DNA from: Candidatus Sumerlaeales bacterium
GTDB lineage: Bacteria; Sumerlaeota; Sumerlaeia; Sumerlaeales; Sumerlaeaceae
Assembly: GCA_038243585.1 (NCBI GenBank)
Contig: JBBSQY010000002.1
Coordinates: forward strand, 64,001-128,000
Direction of reading: 5' to 3'
Length of the DNA stretch: 64,000 nt
Position 1 is the stretch's first letter. The number at the start of each line of letters is the position of its first letter. The position numbers and the translations under genes were made by a program. Of the stretch, positions 58,286 to 64,000 are shown piece by piece. Under the pieces are notes generated by a model. The model was not told the DNA's origin, did no database searches, and saw nothing but the letters and a program-made list of their open reading frames with translations.

Positions 58286-59023
58286 ATGACAAGCCGGTAC
58301 TACTGCGGTAGCACGCCTATGACTCCGGGGGCGCGGGTCGAACTTTCTGATGAGGAATCGCGCCACCTTTTAAAGGTGATGCGTGCCCAAACTGGAGATT
58401 CCATCGTTGTCTTCGGCGACGAAGGTCAATTTTCTGCGACAGTAGTCGGCCCGGGTACTGCGAGGTCCGCTGTCGTCATAATCGGAGATCCGGTGCCGGG
58501 CGCAAGGCCGCCCGCTGTTCAAATGACCTTCCTGATTCCTTGGATCAAGGGCGGTAAGACGGATCTGGTCGTGCAAAAACTGACAGAAATCGGCGCATGC
58601 GGAATGATCGTATTCCAGTCTGAGCGCGAAGTCGCTCGCGGCGATGATTCAAAACTTGACCGGCTCAGGCGTGTAGCATTGGAAGCGTGCAAGCAGTGTG
58701 AGCGAGTAGATATGCCGAAAATCGAGAGCGCTGGGTCATTGCGTCTGGGAGTTGATATGGCTCCAGACATCCCGCGCAAAAATCGATTTCTGCTTCACGA
58801 AAGAAATACCGTCACTTTACTTTCAACGGTTGCGGCGCCGGCCCTCGGCCATTCATCCAGGATACTGTTTGCCAGTGGGCCTGAAGGCGGCTGGCATGAT
58901 CGTGAACTGGAATCCGTAGAGGAATTGATGTTGGCTGTCTCTTTGGGACCGCGGATTTTACGTGCGGAAACCGCTCCCATAGTCGCGGCATCAGCTATGC
59001 TGACCTTGGCCGGAGAAATTTAA
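58286..59023 (+). CDS. rsmE: 16S rRNA m3U1498 methyltransferase
   Basis: HLLKVMR, VQKLTEIG, EACKQCER, GPEGG, LGPRILRAETA. Confidence 0.95.
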   Translation: MTSRYYCGSTPMTPGARVELSDEESRHLLKVMRAQTGDSIVVFGDEGQFSATVVGPGTARSAVVIIGDPVPGARPPAVQMTFLIPWIKGGKTDLVVQKLTEIGACGMIVFQSEREVARGDDSKLDRLRRVALEACKQCERVDMPKIESAGSLRLGVDMAPDIPRKNRFLLHERNTVTLLSTVAAPALGHSSRILFASGPEGGWHDRELESVEELMLAVSLGPRILRAETAPIVAASAMLTLAGEI

Positions 59024-59026
59024 CCG

Positions 59027-60319
59027 ATGTGGAAAGGGCGGGGCAATATAGTGGTTTACGCTCTGCTCGCCATTCTCGCGGTCATATCACTATTGATATT
59101 GTTTCGGTTGCGCGAGCGGTTTGAGAATAGCCTCAGCGACAGGATCGATGATTTACAGCGGGTTTTTTCCAGCCGCACACTTCTTAAAATGCCGTCGGAT
59201 CATAAAATTGTCTTTGCTGATATTGAAGCCGAGGCGGCTAAATATGAGAATCGCGGCGAATTTGGAAGCCTTTGGATTTCGAAAAACTTCGGACAGTCAC
59301 AGCGGATAATTTATCCGTTTTATTACCCGCCGGTTCATAGCGCTGATATTGAGGTAGCGCAGAAGGATAACAGTGTCGAAATAGTGGAGCAGGGTTACCT
59401 CGAGCGGCTATTATTAAAAGAGTCTCTCGCCGAAAGGCCCCTCATTTCAGACGACGGCGAGCGCCTGGGGACGTTGTTCGTCCAGGTTAATGAGGCACCG
59501 CTTCGTACAGTCAGCATGGTTATATGGGCTTTGGGAGCAATGCTGGCAACCTCCCTTGCGTTTCTGGCGAGTCAGTTCCGACGGCAGGAAAAGGTTATTT
59601 CGGCCACCACCATTGAACTGGAAGAGAAACGCCGCGAACTGGTGCGCCTGGAACGGCTGGCAATGGCCGGGCAGTTGTCCGCTAACATATTGCATGATCT
59701 AAAGAAACCGGTGCTGAACATCCGTAACGAAGCCGATGAAGCGCTCCACCCCATGGAAACAAATGTAGAGCCTCCGGCACCTTCTGGAATTTTTTCACGC
59801 ATAAGGGAGCAGGCTGATTTCTTTCTGGCAATTTTGAAAGACGCCGGTTTCGATCGTTTTGTCCGCGCTCAGGAAGAGCGCGAATATGTGGATATAAATG
59901 AGTTGCTTGATCGCAGCCTGGCACTGGTTCGTTACGAACAGGCGAATATCACGGTAAACCGCAGCTACGAGCCGGAACTACCACCGGTTCTGGCTGCACC
60001 GGTTCGTATTATACAGGTATTCTCGAATGTTATCCTGAATGCATACCAGGCCATGGGCGGCCGTGGCGATCTTTGTGTAGAAACAAAACAGACAGGGGAC
60101 TCCATATTAGTCGATATTGTCGACAACGGGCCCGGAATGTCAGAGAAGTTAATAACAAATATATTCGACCCCTTTTATACAACTAAGCCGCCAGGGCAGG
60201 GAACAGGACTTGGCCTTTACATTGTGGCGGATATCCTGCGGGACCTCGGCGGGACAATAAGCGTGACCAGTAAACCCGGCCACACTACCTTTCATATCAA
60301 GTTTCGCACAGAAACTTAA
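59027..60319 (+). CDS. Membrane sensor histidine kinase
   Basis: ILHDLKKP H-box, NVILNA, DNGPGM, FDPFYTTK, GTGLGL. Confidence 0.92.
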   Translation: MWKGRGNIVVYALLAILAVISLLILFRLRERFENSLSDRIDDLQRVFSSRTLLKMPSDHKIVFADIEAEAAKYENRGEFGSLWISKNFGQSQRIIYPFYYPPVHSADIEVAQKDNSVEIVEQGYLERLLLKESLAERPLISDDGERLGTLFVQVNEAPLRTVSMVIWALGAMLATSLAFLASQFRRQEKVISATTIELEEKRRELVRLERLAMAGQLSANILHDLKKPVLNIRNEADEALHPMETNVEPPAPSGIFSRIREQADFFLAILKDAGFDRFVRAQEEREYVDINELLDRSLALVRYEQANITVNRSYEPELPPVLAAPVRIIQVFSNVILNAYQAMGGRGDLCVETKQTGDSILVDIVDNGPGMSEKLITNIFDPFYTTKPPGQGTGLGLYIVADILRDLGGTISVTSKPGHTTFHIKFRTET

Positions 60320-60431
60320 TCGTCGTTACTGGTGCTGTGTATAAAAAGAACTAGAGTGTTGTTCCGGGTTGACAGAGACAGAACACGACTTTTATGTCAT
60401 AGATATATTTGCTGTTAGAGGACGCTTTGGA

Positions 60432-60689
60432 ATGAAGTTGGTAGCTGCTGGTGCCCTTGCACTAATGATGGTTTTTCAGTTCACTGGATGCACACGCCCC
60501 ACCCCGGTCGCGAGTGTTTCGACCCTTGCTCCACAAAGCCGACCAACCGCCAGTGGAATCAAACCCGCCGCCCAGGTAAACCAATGTTGCCGTGCATTTG
60601 CCGAGGGGCGCATCAGCCTTGATAGATGCATGGAAAATCCTGCATGTGTTGCCAATGGTCGGCAATGTTGTATGCAGGCTATTCAATAA
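60432..60689 (+). CDS. Small Cys-rich lipoprotein
   Basis: RBS AGAGGA; lipobox FTGC; C-terminal CC...C...C...CC. Confidence 0.65.
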   Translation: MKLVAAGALALMMVFQFTGCTRPTPVASVSTLAPQSRPTASGIKPAAQVNQCCRAFAEGRISLDRCMENPACVANGRQCCMQAIQ

Positions 60690-60734
60690 TCTGCAATACG
60701 TCTTGGTCTACCGTACCCATTCTGGGTACCTTGG

Positions 60735-62321
60735 CTAGCGCAACGTTACTGGCAGACTTCCCTGTGGGGTAGCTTCACCCCTTAGCACTTCCGCCATCGC
60801 TTGCTGGCTAGGCTGCGTTGCACCGTAGGCGCATAAGTATGACGTGGCCTCCTGTAGCTGTTCGATAATATAAGGGCTACCGAAGCTAACCAGCAGGAAA
60901 TCCCGGTCGCGCAACAGGGTCTTCAGCATATCGACCATGGCGGAAGACAGGTCAATTGTGCCACTGCTTAACCGAACACTCACATAGGCCGCAACGATAA
61001 CTACGTCCGACTCAGCTACAGTTTGAGCAAGCCGCGGTGCAATTGCGGCTATATGAGCATCCTCACTGCTTAATGCAAAGGATTTTACACTTCGGCCATC
61101 TGCGCCCAGATAATCGGCAAAGCTCTGCGGTTCAAGAAATCCGCTCCTGCCATCGCCGCCGTTGCTGACCGTAACACAACAAATAGTCCTATTTCTGTCA
61201 AGCGGCAGATCTCCGCCGTCTTTTACCAGCGTCACAGACTGCCGGGCAATTTCGATAGAGCGGGTAACGTTAGCAGGCACCTGCGTTTGCAAATACACCC
61301 TGGCTGGGTCCGGCAACGCCGCATTAAGAATTCCACGAGTCTCTTTCAAACTAAGAATCCTACCCACCGCTTCATTTAACCGGTCTTCTGAGACCTCTCC
61401 GCTGGCAACTGCCCGCGATAGCACGTCAATGGCAAACGCGTTATCCTGAGGCATTATAAGCTGGTCACATCCGGCATTAATTGCCATGGGAATGGCAACT
61501 TCCGGTGGATAATTCTCAGCAACAGCCCCCATGTCCAGCGCGTCGCTAACTGCTACGCCTGTAAATCCCATTTGCTCCCGGAGCAGAGTCGTCATTATTC
61601 GTTTTGACAGGGTCGCCGGCAGGCGCTCTGGTTCATACGCCGGAATCAGCAGATGCGCAGACATGATACAATCGACTCCTGCTTCAATAAGGGCACGAAA
61701 TGGAAGCAACTCTATTGCTTCAAGTTCAATTCTTGTCCCACCAACGCTGCCCAGCAGGCTGTGAGAATCGATGTTCGTATTCCCATGGCCGGGAAAGTGT
61801 TTGCCACACGAGGCCACACCCCCATCGTGCAAACCCTTTGCGAATGCCACTGCCATTCTGGCAACATTAATTGGATCATTCCCGAAGGATCTTGTATTAA
61901 TTACAGGATTTGCTGAGTTTGAGTTGACGTCCAACACCGGCGCGTAATTTACATTAATGCCCATGACTGCGGACTCTTCCGCAATCATTCGTGCCGCGTC
62001 ATAGGCGGCCTTTTCATCGCCTGTCGCTCCGAGGGCCATGCACGTAACTACTTCAACTGCCCCACTAAGTGTTCCTCCAACGCCACGCTCCAGATCCGCC
62101 GCAATGATTAACGGAATACGCGTGGCCTGCTGGATTGCCCGCGTCTGACGGGCCACCGATAGCGCATCGCTATAAATTCGAATGTACCCGCCAGGGTAGA
62201 ATCGCAGGTCAGATTGGGCCTGAGCCTCATTCCTCCAGGTAAAAACAAAAACCTGACCAATTTTTTCAGCCAGGGACATATCTGCCAAAAGATTCAGCAC
62301 TACAGCGCTGGTGTCCATCAT
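60735..62321 (-). CDS. Glycoside hydrolase family 3 (beta-N-acetylhexosaminidase-like)
   Basis: AADLERG, APVLDVNSN, KHFPGHGNTNIDSH, SDALDM. Confidence 0.93.
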   Translation of the reverse strand: MMDTSAVVLNLLADMSLAEKIGQVFVFTWRNEAQAQSDLRFYPGGYIRIYSDALSVARQTRAIQQATRIPLIIAADLERGVGGTLSGAVEVVTCMALGATGDEKAAYDAARMIAEESAVMGINVNYAPVLDVNSNSANPVINTRSFGNDPINVARMAVAFAKGLHDGGVASCGKHFPGHGNTNIDSHSLLGSVGGTRIELEAIELLPFRALIEAGVDCIMSAHLLIPAYEPERLPATLSKRIMTTLLREQMGFTGVAVSDALDMGAVAENYPPEVAIPMAINAGCDQLIMPQDNAFAIDVLSRAVASGEVSEDRLNEAVGRILSLKETRGILNAALPDPARVYLQTQVPANVTRSIEIARQSVTLVKDGGDLPLDRNRTICCVTVSNGGDGRSGFLEPQSFADYLGADGRSVKSFALSSEDAHIAAIAPRLAQTVAESDVVIVAAYVSVRLSSGTIDLSSAMVDMLKTLLRDRDFLLVSFGSPYIIEQLQEATSYLCAYGATQPSQQAMAEVLRGEATPQGSLPVTLR

Positions 62322-62333
62322 AAGAAGGCCTCT

Positions 62334-63971
62334 CTAGCGGATGAGCGGGGCAATGATACTAAGATGCGCGGTATTGGGGTCAGATACAATGATATCTGTA
62401 CGGCTATCCGCATTGACATCCGTAAAGGATAGAGATGCATTTTCAGGAATCGTAAATGTGGCTGCAGGAGTTTGACCAAGAACAAAATTACCTTTAGTAA
62501 GAAAGATTTGCAACTGATCGGCCGACGTTCGTACAACCAAGTCCATCATCTTATCATTGTTCATATCTTTCACGATCATCACCGGCGGATTGCCACGAAA
62601 ATTTTCCAACTTCGTGTTTAGCGTTATTTGTTGCTCTGCATCCGGTTGGCGCGGAAACCCCTGTTTGCCGCGCCCTAAAAAATACTGAAGGCGAAACTGG
62701 ATCTTGTTGGCAAAAGCCAGATCAACTATATCTTCCATAGAACCAAACTGGTAGCTGAAAAAGGTCATCGCGAAGTCGGTAACCCCATCGCTGTTAAAAT
62801 CGTTTAGTTGCACTAGGCCGACCGGATCCTTCGTAATAAACCTGTCGGTTTCCTGGGCAAAAACTTGATATCCGTCTTGCTCACCAATAAAGAATTTTAC
62901 CACAGTTCGCGGATTGACTACGTCAAGATTACTGCGCACGAGTATGGCGTCCAGTCGCCCATCTAAATTGATATCTCTAAAGGTCGCATCCGCCTGGCTA
63001 TCGTAGGGCACGGCGAACGATTGCGCGGGACTGTCTGAAAATGTTAAATCGTCACGTTGGATGTATACGTCGTAGCGCTCCACCTGACGCGACGAAGAGC
63101 CTGTGGCCGTGGATGAGTATATAAGGTCAAGGCGACCATCACTATTAGCGTCAAAAAACAACAGATCATCTGTGCCACGTCGATGGGAGATTGCAGCCAT
63201 GGAAAACGCCGGCCGGACAGGATCATCCGGAACATCACGGCTGAAGGTAAACGTTTGCTCAGACTGATATGGGTTCTTTGGCAGCTTTACGCTGGAAAAG
63301 CTCCCGCCTTTAGCGCGATGGTGAATTTCGAAGCCTGTTTTGCCAGGCAGAAGCAATTCATCTAATCCGTCGCCATCAAGATCCAGGGCCATATCATAAT
63401 ACCGATGGACAGGACCGGGAGAGGTTTCTGTCACAAGGTCTGTCGCAAACAAGCTGATTGGTTGTGAACCGATAATTTCATCTTGCAACGGGTAATATGC
63501 CGCGGTTCCCGAAGAGAGTACCACCAGCGAATAATGGTTTTCGGATTCCACTCGCGCGAAGCCATAATAAACGTGTCCGCTACCTTTTGGCGGAAGCGGC
63601 AGGGGTAGAACCTGGAGTGGAACAAACCCGTTCGGTGTCTGACCAAAAACTACGGCTTTACCGTTACCAGAGAGAACTAGCTCCAGTTCAGGGCCACCAA
63701 CCAGATTGACGGGATGGACCTGTGTATTCTCGCCGATTGCATCTTTGGCGACAACGAAACGTTCAAACCGAACTTCCGCCGCATAGATGCCGTCTAATGC
63801 CGCCATCGCCAACAAAAATAATCCAATTCTTTGTCGGAACTGACGTTGAGCCGAAATGGTGGCTGCTAATTTTCTAGTAATGAACGGCACTTTAGAAAAG
63901 ATTATTTTACCTGAGGGACTGCGACACTTGAAACAAACGCTTTTAGAGAATTCACAATTTCTGCAGGGCAA
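62334..63971 (-). CDS. FG-GAP/VCBS repeat protein (start uncertain)
   Basis: Repeated DLDGDGLDE / DANSDGRLD / DINLDGRLD / DFNSDGVTD motifs. Confidence 0.85.
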   Translation of the reverse strand: MPCRNCEFSKSVCFKCRSPSGKIIFSKVPFITRKLAATISAQRQFRQRIGLFLLAMAALDGIYAAEVRFERFVVAKDAIGENTQVHPVNLVGGPELELVLSGNGKAVVFGQTPNGFVPLQVLPLPLPPKGSGHVYYGFARVESENHYSLVVLSSGTAAYYPLQDEIIGSQPISLFATDLVTETSPGPVHRYYDMALDLDGDGLDELLLPGKTGFEIHHRAKGGSFSSVKLPKNPYQSEQTFTFSRDVPDDPVRPAFSMAAISHRRGTDDLLFFDANSDGRLDLIYSSTATGSSSRQVERYDVYIQRDDLTFSDSPAQSFAVPYDSQADATFRDINLDGRLDAILVRSNLDVVNPRTVVKFFIGEQDGYQVFAQETDRFITKDPVGLVQLNDFNSDGVTDFAMTFFSYQFGSMEDIVDLAFANKIQFRLQYFLGRGKQGFPRQPDAEQQITLNTKLENFRGNPPVMIVKDMNNDKMMDLVVRTSADQLQIFLTKGNFVLGQTPAATFTIPENASLSFTDVNADSRTDIIVSDPNTAHLSIIAPLIR

Positions 63972-64000
63972 TCTTCGAAAAACAATCCAATGCGATAACA

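Overview
A 64 kb chromosomal segment of a diderm bacterium (lpxC, fabZ, skp, bamA, TolC). The lineage cannot be fixed from the sequence alone. Most of the window is housekeeping or envelope genes: Ku-LigD, tgt, serA, hsp20-lon, mscL, tRNA-Tyr, a MacAB-TolC-type exporter, comEC, pilT/pilC, rsmE and a GH3 hydrolase. The main finding is a ~10.5 kb element (36054-46604) integrated in the 3' end of an elongator tRNA-Met and bounded by an exact 24-bp direct repeat. All of its intact genes lie on the minus strand. They encode a tyrosine integrase, excisionase/AlpA-like regulators, a Zn-finger/Toprim/DUF3987-like primase, an HK97-type major capsid protein, a short tape-measure protein, a sigma-region-2-like protein and a possible small terminase. 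I recognise no portal, large terminase, tail tube or lysis gene, so it looks like a phage satellite that may remodel both head and tail of a helper phage. Features absent from the ORF track include a 59-aa scaffold-like ORF between two clusters of G-U-rich hairpins, ~60-bp sub-terminal inverted repeats, an antisense phage-gene fragment and a structured attenuator-like leader. All protein assignments come from motif recognition by eye, not database searches.
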